A stretch of DNA of 64,000 nucleotides from Octopus bimaculoides (taxonomy: Eukaryota). The stretch covers positions 32,705,017 through 32,769,016 of the forward strand of contig NC_068984.1 in NCBI RefSeq assembly GCF_001194135.2, in the 5' to 3' direction. How positions within the stretch are numbered: the first letter of the stretch is position 1; every line of letters starts with the position of its first letter. Made by a program: the position numbers and the translations under genes. Below are positions 1 to 12,420 of this stretch, one piece after another. The notes under the pieces were generated by a model. That model was not told the DNA's origin, searched no databases, and saw only the letters and a program-made list of their open reading frames with translations.

Positions 1-561
1 CCTGTCGGTTCCTAGACACGCATTGAATCACGCTACTTGCATAACAACCGCATGCGCGGATGTTCACCTTATTTGCTTTGAGACACGTGGTTGCAAAATA
101 TGTTCATGTGATGTTACAAACCTTTTCCTTCAATTACCCTTATATGGTAACGCATTACGTCCAGTAATAAATATCTTATGACTTACTACGAACGTCCTAC
201 AAATCCTCGTTTTCTTGTTGTTTACGCAAAAGATGGTGACCCCTCTTTGTCGCATGGAATTATAAAAATTATAGGATGTCACTTACTGACATCACTATAG
301 ACTCGTTCTTCTTCATATAACTGTCGTAGGAAAACACGCAATACTCTATCGTCCACAGCGCCATGGCTATACTCGAAAAGGAAAAATATACTAAACCATT
401 ACAGACCAAAGGGTAATTGTCGAACATATGTCCCTATCCCTGGGACCGAGTAAAAGCCATTTTAAAAACGTCCGTCCTCTCTGCTCCACCCTGTATTATA
501 CTGACAATTTCAATAAAAAAATGAAATAATAGTATATATGATTATCACCAACTAAACTTTA

Positions 562-701
562 AAGAAGTTTGCTTCCCAACCACATGGTTCCGGGTTCTGT
601 CTCACTGCGTGGGAACTTGGGCAAGTGTCTACTACTATAGCCTTGGGCTGGCCAGAATCTTGGGACGGCATTTGGTAGACGAAAGTTGAAAGAAGCCCGT
701 C

Positions 702-743
<42 letters not shown>

Positions 744-1795
744 NNNNNNNNNNNNNNNNNNNNNNNNNNNNNNNNNNNNNNNNNNNNNNNNNNNNNNNNN
801 NNNNNNNNNNNNNNNNNNNNNNNNNNNNNNNNNNNNNNNNNNNNNNNNNNNNNNNNNNNNNNNNNNNNNNNNNNNNNNNNNNNNNNNNNNNNNNNNNNNN
901 NNNNNNNNNNNNNNNNNNNNNNNNNNNNNNNNNNNNNNNNNNNNNNNNNNNNNNNNNNNNNNNNNNNNNNNNNNNNNNNNNNNNNNNNNNNNNNNNNNNN
1001 NNNNNNNNNNNNNNNNNNNNNNNNNNNNNNNNNNNNNNNNNNNNNNNNNNNNNNNNNNNNNNNNNNNNNNNNNNNNNNNNNNNNNNNNNNNNNNNNNNNN
1101 NNNNNNNNNNNNNNNNNNNNNNNNNNNNNNNNNNNNNNNNNNNNNNNNNNNNNNNNNNNNNNNNNNNNNNNNNNNNNNNNNNNNNNNNNNNNNNNNNNNN
1201 NNNNNNNNNNNNNNNNNNNNNNNNNNNNNNNNNNNNNNNNNNNNNNNNNNNNNNNNNNNNNNNNNNNNNNNNNNNNNNNNNNNNNNNNNNNNNNNNNNNN
1301 NNNNNNNNNNNNNNNNNNNNNNNNNNNNNNNNNNNNNNNNNNNNNNATATATATATATATATATATATAAATATACGACGGACTTCTTTCAGTTTCCGTC
1401 TACCAAATCTATTCACACGACTTTGGTCGGCCCGAGGCTGTAGTAGACACTTGCCCGAGATGCTACGCAGTGCGACTGAACCCAGAACCACACAACCACA
1501 CAACCACACAACCACACACACACACACACACACATTTATATTCATATTTATATGTTTGCATGTGAGGATTTGTGAGTCTGTGTGCGTCATTGTGTCTGTG
1601 CTTGCCTCCAACAAACGGTGTTCGTGTGTTTACATCCCTGTAACTTAGCAGATCGGCCTAAGTAACCGATAGAATATGTACCAGGCTTTAAAAAAGTTAT
1701 AGGTGGTTTCATTCGACTAAAACAAAATTCAAGACGGTGCCAAACATGGCAACAGTCTCATGACTGAAATATGTGAAAGATAAAGTATAAAAGAT
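562..1795 (+). mobile_element. tRNA-derived SINE family A, copy interrupted by microsatellite, gap and a nested copy
   Basis: Head 562-701 (aaccacatggttccgggttc...cttgggcaagtgtc...gaaagaagcccgtc) and tail ~1570-1795 (tttacatccctgtaacttagc...gactgaaa) match the reverse complement of the complete copies at 5417-5855 and 23859-24453. Confidence 0.75.
1376..1490 (-). mobile_element. SINE family A head, nested in the microsatellite of the preceding copy
   Basis: cgacggacttctttcagtttccgtctaccaaatc...ggtcggcccgaggctgtagtagacacttgcccg matches the family A head in minus orientation; the rest presumably lies in gap 744-1346. Confidence 0.75.
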
Positions 1796-3019
1796 CCCCT
1801 TTGTAATAGCTGCAACTATTAAGGGAACCAAAAGAGCTTGCTTTTATATTTATTGAACTAAGCATATATAATATAAAATTATCCTGGAAACTGTATCTCT
1901 ATTTGTTGACATAACAAATATATTACACTCCTGTCGTGATTAATTAATCTCAACATATACCTTGAATTGCAAGAGTCCGCTGATTATACTCAAAATATAT
2001 TTCCACATCAAAATTTTAAAATCATAGATGTAAATATTATTTGCATTATCACCTTTCACACAAACGCTTTCTTCTCTTTAATATACGCCTAAGCGTACAA
2101 CAGTTACGGCCTTGTGTAATGATACACAATATCAAAGAATCGAAAAAAACCTCTATAGAATCCCCAAACCATTATATTAAAGTTACAAAAATTATCATTT
2201 ATAATAAAAATATAGAACTATGTTGCTTCTAAATGCTCTGTTGAACCATCGACAAATATTTTTATAGTATGAGGTAGCCTTTAAGTTTCGGATCTCTCCA
2301 TGTGAAATGTGAGTATATCACAAAGGCTGAATAAGAAGAGAACAAATGTAATCCGTTAAATTATGTTCGGTTGTTTAGTTTGCTTTCCATGCTCACATTT
2401 TGTATTTTATAAGAAAATATTTATACCTTAAATGCATATTTTAAACACATACAAAGTACTTTAATACATAGCACAAATTTTAGTATTCTTCGTGAAAGTT
2501 TCCACGATCCCAGATACATCTTATGTGACGTATCTAAGGTGGGGTCACGACTCATAGCTTAAGAATCACTAATATTATAGTCAATTTCACAGAGCCAACA
2601 ATGAAGCCTGTATGTGATAACTAAACCTCTAATAATAAGCAGTCAAAGAAATGATAGACTAGAAAATGCAGTTGTATAGATATTGTGTGCGATAAAAGAT
2701 AGGATAGTTACAAAAGAAATTATTTTATAGATCAACTAAACCAAGGTTCGCATAGGCCTGGACGACAACCACGTCCTTAAACTGATGAACATTACTCCCA
2801 AAATCTCCGTATTTCAGTATATTTAGATGTTTGCGTGTGTGAAAGTAAGCATCCTTTTATTCGTGTTTACGTGTATGCATACGGGCATTAATGCCAGAAA
2901 ATGCTTGAGTTTGTATATCGATTTGTATATTTGTTGGTGGGAATAATAAATGTAAGACTCTATGAGCATTTGATATTTTGGGCATGCCGTTGTTTATAGA
3001 GTAATCTGAAAGGAAAAAA

Positions 3020-3095
3020 AGAAAAATGGCTGTCACAGAAAAGACGCCTACGATCATAGATCTGCTTGAATAGGGCTGAACTTGGATAAACAACA
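3020..3095 (+). repeat. 3' tail fragment of dispersed repeat family D
   Basis: gatcatagatctgcttgaatagggctgaacttggataaacaacaac resembles gatcataagtctgctcgatcagaactgatttggaacaaac at ~7390-7430. Confidence 0.4.
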
Positions 3096-3637
3096 ACGTT
3101 AAACTAATGTAAACATTTTATTTTAATTAACTTGTCGGAAGTGAAGAGACTACACGCATGACCTTTATAAACAAAATGCCTTTGGAAGCAAATAAATAAC
3201 CAACTAGTTTCCTTTTACTTCTATTTTCCACTATAGCTCTAACCTAACATTCATCACATACAATTCCTCACGCATTGCTTTTATATCTCCTTCAACTAGT
3301 GGCCATTGCACGATCACATTCACCATCGTACAACCTACGTATACATCTAATAAAATTATCTCACACACTTCAAAAACAAGTAGATTCATATCAAATTCTG
3401 TTCATCTCTAATTATCTGCATATGTATTTGAGTAGTGTATATGTGAATCAGCATATCTCTCACTATTCTATCTTTTTCTTGTATGCCATTTGAGTATCAG
3501 CTATTTACGGGAACGTACATACATACATCTAAATATATACATAAAGATATGTATGCATGTACATATATAAATATATACGTATATAAATAAATATACACAT
3601 ATAACCAACCAGTTGTTTATATACATACACACATACA

Positions 3638-3638
<1 letters not shown>

Positions 3639-3717
<79 letters not shown>
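3639..3717. repeat. (CA)n microsatellite
   Basis: Directly visible perfect dinucleotide run, flanked by (TA)n and (ATAG)n. Confidence 0.95.
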
Positions 3718-3730
<13 letters not shown>

Positions 3731-3771
3731 TGAGATCAATAGATAGATGGATAGATAGATAGATAGATTTG

Positions 3772-3870
3772 TATTCCTTTGTTTACTCGTTTCAGTCCCT
3801 CGACTACAGCAATACTGGAGCACTGAATTTAAGAGCTTTAGTCAATCAAATCGATCTGTATACTTAATTC
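3772..3870 (-). mobile_element. Degraded SINE family A tail fragment
   Basis: tactcgtttcagtccctcgactacagcaatactggagcac...tttagtcaatcaaatcgatc resembles the family A tail tacttgtttcagtcatttgactgtggccatgctggagcaccgcctttagtcgagcaaatcgacc. Confidence 0.45.
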
Positions 3871-4464
3871 AGTCGACCGTTTATATTATTGCACACTATT
3901 TATCAAATACTTAGTGGTATAACTTAAATATTTGCTTCCGAAAGATTTCAATGAATAAACCAAATGAAAAAACATATAGAGAATAGGATCATAATGTAGG
4001 GAACTCACTGAAGTCCTTATGCAGAACATTAACACATACGTAGACTTATATCGAAGGCATGCCACTTTTATCACTGAAATAACAGTGGAACAGAATGATA
4101 ACGGTTAGTAGAAATGGGAATTTAAATCCCAGAAAAAACAGGCTGCATAACCCCCATCTCGTTCACGTGGAACAGGATTTAATTAATGTTGTAATATGGT
4201 TCGAAACCTGAAATTTAAACGGTACATCTTCGAATACAATACACTTCTAAAAGGACTTAATGATCTACTTTATCACCTGAGAAATGAACCTAGAATTCGA
4301 CTACCTGCTGATAAAACGAGGAACTTATAGTGATTGGATTAGACTTTACAAAAATCTGATACTGAAGGAACTGTGCAAGGATTATTGTACGCACCTAAAT
4401 TTAACTTAATTAACAATAATATTCTTAGGGCATTGTAAACTCCCTTAATCTTACTGATGCAATT

Positions 4465-5395
4465 AATCACCTTTCATCTAAATGCCCTAGAAGTTTCTCT
4501 TCTAACCTCTCTGTACGCTTGAGATACCCTACAAAATCAGAATAAGTAAGAAAAAGTAAAAGAATTCCTGATTTCAATGTTTACTCTAAATATTTCCTCT
4601 GTTTATGATCTTACACATCCAATGTTATCAAGTCGTTTATTGAGCTTAATACTAAGAGAGGTATCAAATGCTCTTAATTTGATATCAGTAGTTACTACTT
4701 TTCTACAACATCTATTCTCCTTAACAAGACATTAATTTTCGCCATGAGAAAAGCTGACCNNNNNNNNNNNNNNNNNNNNNNNNNNNNNNNNNNNNNNNNN
4801 NNNNNNNNNNNNNNNNNNNNNNNNNNNNNNNNNNNNNNNNNNNNNNNNNNNNNNNNNNNNNNNNNNNNNNNNNNNNNNNNNNNNNNNNNNNNNNNNNNNN
4901 NNNNNNNNNNNNNNNNNNNNNNNNNAACCCGCACAGGTTACTACTCCCTGTAAGTATTTACTTAGTAAACTATATCAAGGATAAACTCTCGAATATGGAG
5001 AGTGATGTCTGTCGGGATGATTCTCTCTAAACAGTACGTAAATGCAACAATGTTAATTATGAAACTTTTCAATCTGTTTTAACACTTTGGCCTATCAATC
5101 TCGTTTGAGGGTAGTTGATTTCCTGGATGTCACGGCAGATTTTGACTCTGGCCTGTATCGGCCATATCATAAATACAATCAACATCTAACGGATGTGAAC
5201 CGACTTTCAAAATCTTCCTCGAAAGGTGATTTGGTCTATAGGGATTAGCGTCACCATCAGAGTATCGACACTTTCGCTTAATGAAAATATATTCAGTCAA
5301 AATGCTGGGTACTACAATGGAGCCTAAGCTCGAGTTGGATATGTTGATAGAATTACATATCTTCCTGAATACTGTCTCGACTTGAATCTCCTAGA
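4465..5395 (+). mobile_element. Penelope-like retroelement (PLE) reverse transcriptase remnant, with frameshifts and stops
   Basis: Manual translation across frameshifts gives SFSSNLSVRLRYPTKSE*VRKSKRIPD, FDISSYY..SILLNKTLIFAM, [gap 4760-4925], CRDDSL, VVDFLDVTADFDSGLYRPYHK and IRVSTLSLNENIFSQNAGYYNGA*ARVGY. These are colinear with typical PLE RT motifs (VRLINPTKSE, FDIxxFYPS, YRDDGL, VDFLDVT, RRLSxLSSNExIF). Confidence 0.75.
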
Positions 5396-5416
5396 TAACA
5401 AAACTGATCATACCGA

Positions 5417-5855
5417 ACTCTTTTACTCTTTTACTCTTTTACTTGTTTCAGTCTTTTGACTGTGGCCATGCTGGAGCACCGCCTTTAGTCGAGCAAATCG
5501 ACCTCAGGACTTATTCTTTAGAAGCCTAGTACTTATTCTATCGGTCTCTATTGCCGAACCGCTAAGTTACGGGGACATAAACACACCAGCATCGGTTGTC
5601 AAGCGATGTTGGGGGGGGGACAAGCACAGACACACAAACACATACACACATACATATATATATATATATATACATATATACATATATACGACGGGCTTCT
5701 TTCAGTTTCCGTCTACCAAATCCACTCACAAGGCTTTGGTCGGCCCGAGGCTATAGTAGAAGACATTTGCCCAAGATGCCACGCAGTGGGACTGAACCTG
5801 GGACCATGTGGTTGTCGGTAAGCAAGCTACTTACCACACAGCCACTCCTACGCCT
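5417..5855 (-). mobile_element. tRNA-derived SINE family A, complete copy
   Basis: The minus strand begins aggcgtaggagtggctgtgtggtaagtagcttgc (A box tggctgtgtggta; B box ggttcagtccc). It has an internal (TA)/(TG) microsatellite at ~5630-5688 and a 3' (gagtaaaa)x3 tail. Confidence 0.9.
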
Positions 5856-6198
5856 TCGTAGGACTGATAACAATACTGATACTACAGAAAGCCCTGGTCG
5901 TCATGATGAGGAAGCTAACCGTTTTGAGTAATAGTTCATCTACCAGGTTGCATGCGGGTGATAATAATGGCTGCTGCAATAACAGCAATACTACGCATAC
6001 TAATATGGCTATCATAGCAGGAAAACAATATAAAGAGTAACATTATTTCAGGTATCAGCACTCATAATAATAATAAGGTGCGTATTAACCACGATACCAA
6101 TTGTAGAAATAAGTGCATCGAACCTTTGGATCTAATTAGTAGTGTAAATGTAAAGTATGTTAACACAGATAATGTTAATGTGGATAACTGTAATGGAA

Positions 6199-6213
6199 AT
6201 GATGATGATGATA

Positions 6214-6269
<56 letters not shown>

Positions 6270-6390
6270 ATTGATGATGATGATGACGATGATAATGATG
6301 ATGATGATGGTGATGATGATGATGATTATGATGATGATGATGGTGATGATGATGATGATNNNNNNNNNNATGATGATTATGATGATGATG

Positions 6391-6422
<32 letters not shown>

Positions 6423-6454
6423 AATGATGATGCTGATAATGATTATGATGATGG

Positions 6455-6521
<67 letters not shown>

Positions 6522-6566
6522 TACGACGACGACGAAAACGACGATGACGATGATGATGATGTTGAT
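6199..6566. repeat. (GAT)n/(GAC)n trinucleotide microsatellite
   Basis: Directly visible, with a 10-nt gap at 6360-6369; it explains the poly-D/M/I ORFs. Confidence 0.95.
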
Positions 6567-7129
6567 AAATATAATAAATATCCAGTAGAATGAAAAAAAA
6601 CCCTGTATTCTACAAGTTGGATACCCAGCAGAAGAACACAACCCGCTTAACACGTACAACACACTATACAAGCAATAATACAACAAATTCCGAGGAGGGT
6701 TTGTACTCCCATTGCACCCACCAAAAACCCCACAAAAAACATGCATTACTGAACACATCTCAGCAACAGAGCAGTGTGGCCGGTGATACAGTAGAAATTC
6801 GTTTGAAACGCAATAACATTTCAAGTTTCTATACCATCCCCACTGAATGGACTTTTTTCACTCATCTTTATAGTGGTCATTTCTGGGGTTTCCTCATACA
6901 GCAACAAAATTTGGGAAAACAACTGCAACATTCCCTGATTGCAACACACAAGACTTACTTGCCGTGGTCAAATGTGAATAATTGGAATGTTAAGCATATT
7001 AAACAAATGTGTTTATAATGCAGCAAATTTAGTATTCCCAAAAAATACTTAGACACGTTTTAACTGTTCCATTGCATTTATTTGGCATCAACTATGTCAG
7101 CAGTAACAATGATGATAGGATACAAGTCA

Positions 7130-7435
7130 ACAAACATTAGTTTGGCTCCTTGTAGGCTATAGCATTTCTGAGCCGAACTTGCAGACTCTCTGCCACACGT
7201 ACTTTAGTGACACCGACTACCATATAGACAGCATGGAAACTGCAACATGCTCGCATGAAATGCTATAAATAAATAGCAGTCAAATCTCCTTGAAATCTTA
7301 CTAATTCTATTATAAAACAGAAAGGAATATATTGTTCTACGCTATTCGTATTTCTAAATTAAACGAAATTTTAATGACTAGAATGATATTGATCATAAGT
7401 CTGCTCGATCAGAACTGATTTGGAACAAACTTAAA
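7130..7435 (+). repeat. Dispersed repeat family D (SINE-like body and tail)
   Basis: aaatagcagtcaaatctcc...gatcataagtctgctcgatcag is shared with 22552-22750, 42555-42722 and 3020-3095. Confidence 0.5.
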
Positions 7436-7664
7436 ACATTACGAACAACAATATATTGCACGACAACAAAGTTTTAAACATCTCTATTTTAAAACCAAAA
7501 TACCTTTATTGAAAGATGATCTAAATGTTGAAAGTAGTGCATGCTTACATTGTAGTCGAATCTATGCAGAACTTCAATATCACGGGAAAGATATAAATGT
7601 CTTAAATATTCTCGCAATATTTGTGATTTTATAACATTCATAAAACAAAATAAATAACCATTTG

Positions 7665-7915
7665 ACCCGCAGACGAGTTGACTCATCGTGCTACCCTTTC
7701 TACCGCTACTATAATGGTTTCTGCTCATTGGCGCTGTCCGGTCACGGGTCATATACATTCAGGTATTCCACAATCATTGGCGTACACTCCCCCGGTCTTA
7801 AACATTGTGACCACTACTACCAAGCCTCTGGACTATCCTCGCTGCATATGTCTTTGCTTGCTGTGTTGACTTTCAAAATTTAAGAGCGGAACGTTAATGG
7901 CATCAATCCTGCAAG
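7665..7915 (+). mobile_element. CR1-type LINE, 3' end of ORF2 (degraded)
   Basis: ORF 7662-7883 RRVDSSCYPFYRYYNGFCSLAL resembles the CR1-group C-terminal motif RRxVxxLxLFYRYYNGxCSxEL. It is followed by a degenerate 'VDLQKFKRNVN'-like segment. Confidence 0.6.
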
Positions 7916-8269
7916 TTTCTCTGGGCGATGCTAGCAATGGCTATGGTATACCCTCTTCAACCAGATCAAACTAACAATAAAAAGTAGCTGTCGCTGAATC
8001 ACTAGAACCTTATTCAAAATATGTCGTAGTAGTTATTGTTAAAAATATTTTATATTGTATATAGTTGATAGTGTCAGAAAAAAGCAAATCTACAGATTTT
8101 GCAACACAGCAAATCAACAAAATACGAATTTAACTTATTTGTCAAAGACTCAGTAGAGAAGCATGCAGCAGAACAAACAAACTAGCAAGTTTGTAGTTCA
8201 AAATAATTTATTATCGTGCGCTTGAATCCAAGGATTATTTATCTTTAGCTTGAGATGTGAGAATCTTAT

Positions 8270-8418
8270 ATTAGCACAAGGCCACATACTTGGGAGGACT
8301 AGGTACGTAAGTAATTCGATAAAATCGCTAATAGCTTTTGGTGTGTAAATTATTTTCATGGAAGGCCTAGAAAAGATCAGAGGTAAAATTTAAGTTGACA
8401 GAATTTGAAATCAGAACA
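8270..8418 (-). mobile_element. Highly degraded SINE family B
   Basis: ttagcacaaggcc at the start and gaatttgaaatcagaac at the end match the corresponding landmarks of family B copies (29081-29254, 43035-43238). Confidence 0.35.
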
Positions 8419-9171
8419 GGTGTCATAAGTAAATACATTCACCTCAAATGTTGGAACATTAATGGTTCTCCATAACAATACGTTTCTCACCAAAATTTCA
8501 ATTCTTAGCATCGTGTAATAAATAATTCACATTCTTATTAAAGTATTTTTAAATGTTATATAAGTTACATATTTGGAGTAATGCTCAAATGCAGCTATAG
8601 AAAACGCGAATGAATTAAGTTAAAAAATAAGATGTTTCACAAGATTGTAATTATGATTATTATTATTATTATTATTATTTAACATTTTTTTATTATTATT
8701 TAACATTTTTTTTATTATTATTTAACATTTTTCTCGTTTGCATCATTATTATCATCAGTTTTAGTATCAAATATTTAACTCCTTCACATCGTCACAGCTA
8801 TAATCATTGTTACTTGTGTATATGCATATTAATATGCGTATATAGTTTTTACATAGTGTCACATATGCATAGAAAGACAGTTGTATACTTATACAGGTAT
8901 AAACATGCACAGAACGATGCACAGACATACATGATACACTTTATATGTAAATACGTGTAAGTCTTATGTCTTGTAAGTCTGCCTGTTTATTTCTCTCTCC
9001 GTATATANNNNNNNNNNNNNNNNNNNNNNNNNNNNNNNNNNNNNNNNNNNNNNNNNNNNNNNNNNNNNNNNNNNNNNNNNNNNNNNNNNNNNNNNNNNNN
9101 NNNNNNNNNNNNNNNNNNNNNNNNNNNNNNNNNNNNNNNNNNNNNNNNNNNNNNNNNNNNNNNNNNNNNNN

Positions 9172-9220
<49 letters not shown>

Positions 9221-9598
9221 CATACACATACATGCACACATACGCATTTCAACGAATAGCAAATACCTACCACATATATACACAATGCTCTTTCATAAGT
9301 ATATCTATTTATCACAAATACATAATAATATAAAATGAAGCATTGAAAATCTATATCAATGTTTATCTAATATCACAGTAGCATTCTATGTATGAAATCT
9401 CAGTGCCATGCCATAGTGGAAATTCTAAACACAACAGTATAACAGAGATGTTTGCAGTATTTCACGGGAAGGCTTTTCATTGATAACTTAAGAAAAACTA
9501 TTTCTCTTGTTTACCGGAATCTGTTGAATTCCTGATCTTGTTAAATTGAAGTACTGAATATCGAAAAATTAACTCTCAGTAGGATGAGAATTTTTCAC

Positions 9599-9640
<42 letters not shown>
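9599..9640. repeat. (TAG)n microsatellite
   Basis: Directly visible perfect run. Confidence 0.95.
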
Positions 9641-9641
<1 letters not shown>

Positions 9642-9974
9642 CAAGTGTGGCCTAAATTTGAAAGGAATATATGAATGATTATGAAGTGTTTATAATCTGG
9701 TAATCGGGTTTTGAATCTAATTTGACTAAATATATTGAGACAAGTGATTCTGTAATTCATTAATAATTGTGATATTTATGAATAATTATCTCTCAATTTA
9801 TCTATTTATCTACCTGTCTCTCTCTCTCTCTCTCTCTNNNNNNNNNNNNNNNNNNNNNNNNNNNNNNNNNNNNNNNATATATATATATATATATACATAT
9901 GTATATAAATGTGCGTGTGTGTTTGTGTATAAAGTAAACAAAAAAGGGTATGTTGCGCTACATGGATGTATCAA

Positions 9975-10584
9975 TGGTTGAACAGAAAGAACTCAACAAG
10001 AAGAAAAAGTTAGACGAGAGCAGAGCAAACAAGAAACTAGACGAAAACATAACGGACGGGAAATTTAGACAAAGATATGATACATGGAATAGTCGCTGCT
10101 GAGTTTTCTTCGTTAGTCAATGACCTAAAATATCATAGCGGTTTCGCAACATTGCCATAGAGACCACTCAAATTTGGAGGCACCAGTGCTGTTATGAAGC
10201 TACTGAGAAAAAACTATAGAATGTATACTACGACAGAAACGACATTATATAAATACAACCGACAAAGAATTATGCATATATAACAAGAAGCCTTAAGGCT
10301 ATATACAACTGAAGGAAGAGATAATAATTATCCATATACCACAAAAACAAAAGAAAGAGTTTTGCAGCTATCGAACGAATTTAACGGGGCTTGCGGTTGC
10401 ACAAATGGTAATGGTGCGAAACCACTATGATATTTTGGGCCATTGACTGACGAGGAAAACTCAGCTGCGAATATTCCATGTATCGTGTCTTTGTCTAAAT
10501 TTGCTGTCCGTTATGTTTTCCTCTAGTTTCCCGTTTGCTCTGCTTTCGTCTAACTTTTCTCCATGTGTTCTTTCTGTTCAACCC
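9975..10584. mobile_element. MITE / fold-back element with ~180-bp terminal inverted repeats
   Basis: 9976-10156 (ggttgaacagaaagaac...ggtttcgcaacattgcc) aligns along its length with the reverse complement of 10407-10583. Flanks are tcaa (9971-9974) and ttaa (10585-10588), consistent with a TTAA target duplication with one change. Confidence 0.85.
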
Positions 10585-11994
10585 TTAACACATGCATACA
10601 TACTGTTATGTCTCAAGCTACTGCTATCTAGCACCTTCGGATGATCTCTACTCAACCGCTACACAACTGCTACTCGACTGCTACTCAACTGCTACTCAAC
10701 CCGCTTACTACCTCTAAGTGTAGGTGGAGTGCCGGAATTAGAAATAAAAATAATTTTATTATATATGCATGTGCGTGCTTGCGAGGTTATGTTTATTAGT
10801 GGGAATGAGTTGGTTATTCGCCTCATTTTCATACAAAAACAAAAGGAATGTTTGCTTTACGAGATACATAATTAGTGGGAGACTAAAATATGTACTGCAG
10901 TTATGAAAATCAGCTAAAATTCTTGTAGGTAGTGCTCTGCCATCATTGCAGTTTATTGACTGGTACCAATAAAAGTATGTTCATTTTTAGCACCGTGACG
11001 AAGCTAAAGTAAACAAGATCCCGCTCACCCAAAAGAAAATTCAATATAGGATATTCAACTGTGTCATGGGATTAAAAGGGAACTATGAAGAAGACTCCTC
11101 ACATTAAAATACCCGAGCAGATGTTGCTTTAGGTCAGCCGCTAAAGATTCGAAATACTGTAAGTGTTTCTTTGTGTTTCTGAATAGAGTACTTCTGAATA
11201 GAGTATTCATGGGGTGACATAGGTTACAAGAACTTCTAGGAATTGTAATCTGAAATAGACTAGGGGGCAATCCATGTGGAAGATGGACCTCTTGTTTACA
11301 TAGACAAATTTGTGATATATCAACATATGAATACATCTCATGAAGCAGAAATTAGTAATGGAATTTAGATAAAAACTTTTAATTCATAAGAACATTGATT
11401 TAACTGTGCCGTGCACACAAAAAGTAATAAGAATTACTTTTTGAGAAAGAAAATCCATTGATATGTCGGGCTTAAATGAAATTGGTATCCGTTGTAATTT
11501 TAAACAGATGCTACTAATTCCAATTTCTTCTATGTCATATAAATTTAGAGAAAATTATCCCCTGAAACAAAATGAATACATTGGGCAGATGTTAGTGGTT
11601 TGATACTAAGTTACATATGTGCATTCCGTTTTGAGATTCAGAATAAATAATCTAATTATGCACACACAGACACACAGAAATACACACTCATACAAACGAA
11701 TAGATACATACATATAAATAAATAAATAAATAAATACATAAATAAATAAGCAACATATAAGATGAACATCTTAGAAATATCTTAAAATTTGTGTTCTTGA
11801 AATAAATCAAGAAATTGAATCACTTTACTTTAGTGCGTATATTTAAGTTTGTGCGTGGGGGTTCTTCAAGAATTTATGAAGCTGTTTGTGATTACGAGTT
11901 CATGTACAAATGTAATATTTTAATGTATGCATATATATATATATATGTACATATAAACTTGTTCATAAGGGAAGTACAAGCATACATACACATA

Positions 11995-12025
11995 TCATCA
12001 TAATCTTCATCATCATCAGCATCAT

Positions 12026-12057
<32 letters not shown>

Positions 12058-12420
12058 GCATAAATGGACGTAAAATGATATTGTTCAATACAGCGACTTG
12101 CCACTTGTTGCGATTCCCGTCATCTCTTTCTTGAGGTGCAGGGTCCTGCGATCCATTTTTATTAATTCCCATACCATTTTCTATCTTCCTTTCCCATTTT
12201 GAGTGGTTGGCACTTCACTGCCCAACAAAAATCCTCCCCAAACTTTACGTATCTGCATCAATTATGTCTCCTTTCCTACATAATACATCTCATTCCTCAT
12301 CTGCCCATTTTCTCAGCTCATTTGCGATCCATTGTTCGGGCATGCTAAAAGTATACACCTTTTGGTGCATGCTAACCTATCCGTTGTACATAGAGCCACA
12401 ATAGGTATCATAGTCTTGTC
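11995..12420 (-). mobile_element. RTE-clade LINE 3' remnant with trinucleotide tail
   Basis: Minus-strand translation across frameshifts gives NELRK..GMRCIM*ERRHN*CRYVK and GKGR*KMVWELIKMDRRTLHLKKEMTG/RNKWQVAVL. This is colinear with RTE C-termini (ELREKLG..QERRLRWYGHV..GRGRPRKTW..DRxxWR), and is followed by a (GCT/GAT)n tail at 11995-12060. Confidence 0.6.

Noticed and set aside
2268-2276. tgaggtag, the let-7 5' end
   Set aside because: Only 8 nt match; there is no mature sequence or hairpin. Similar seed-only matches elsewhere were also dismissed.
2883-3005. Minus-strand 123-nt in-frame exon candidate with a strong polypyrimidine acceptor
   Set aside because: The polypyrimidine tract is the A-rich part of the family D repeat tail, and the peptide (YSINNGMPKISNAHRVL..) is unrecognised.
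6078-6824. Poly-Asp, poly-Met and poly-Ile ORFs
   Set aside because: These are three readings of a (GAT)n microsatellite, with no domain or splice support.
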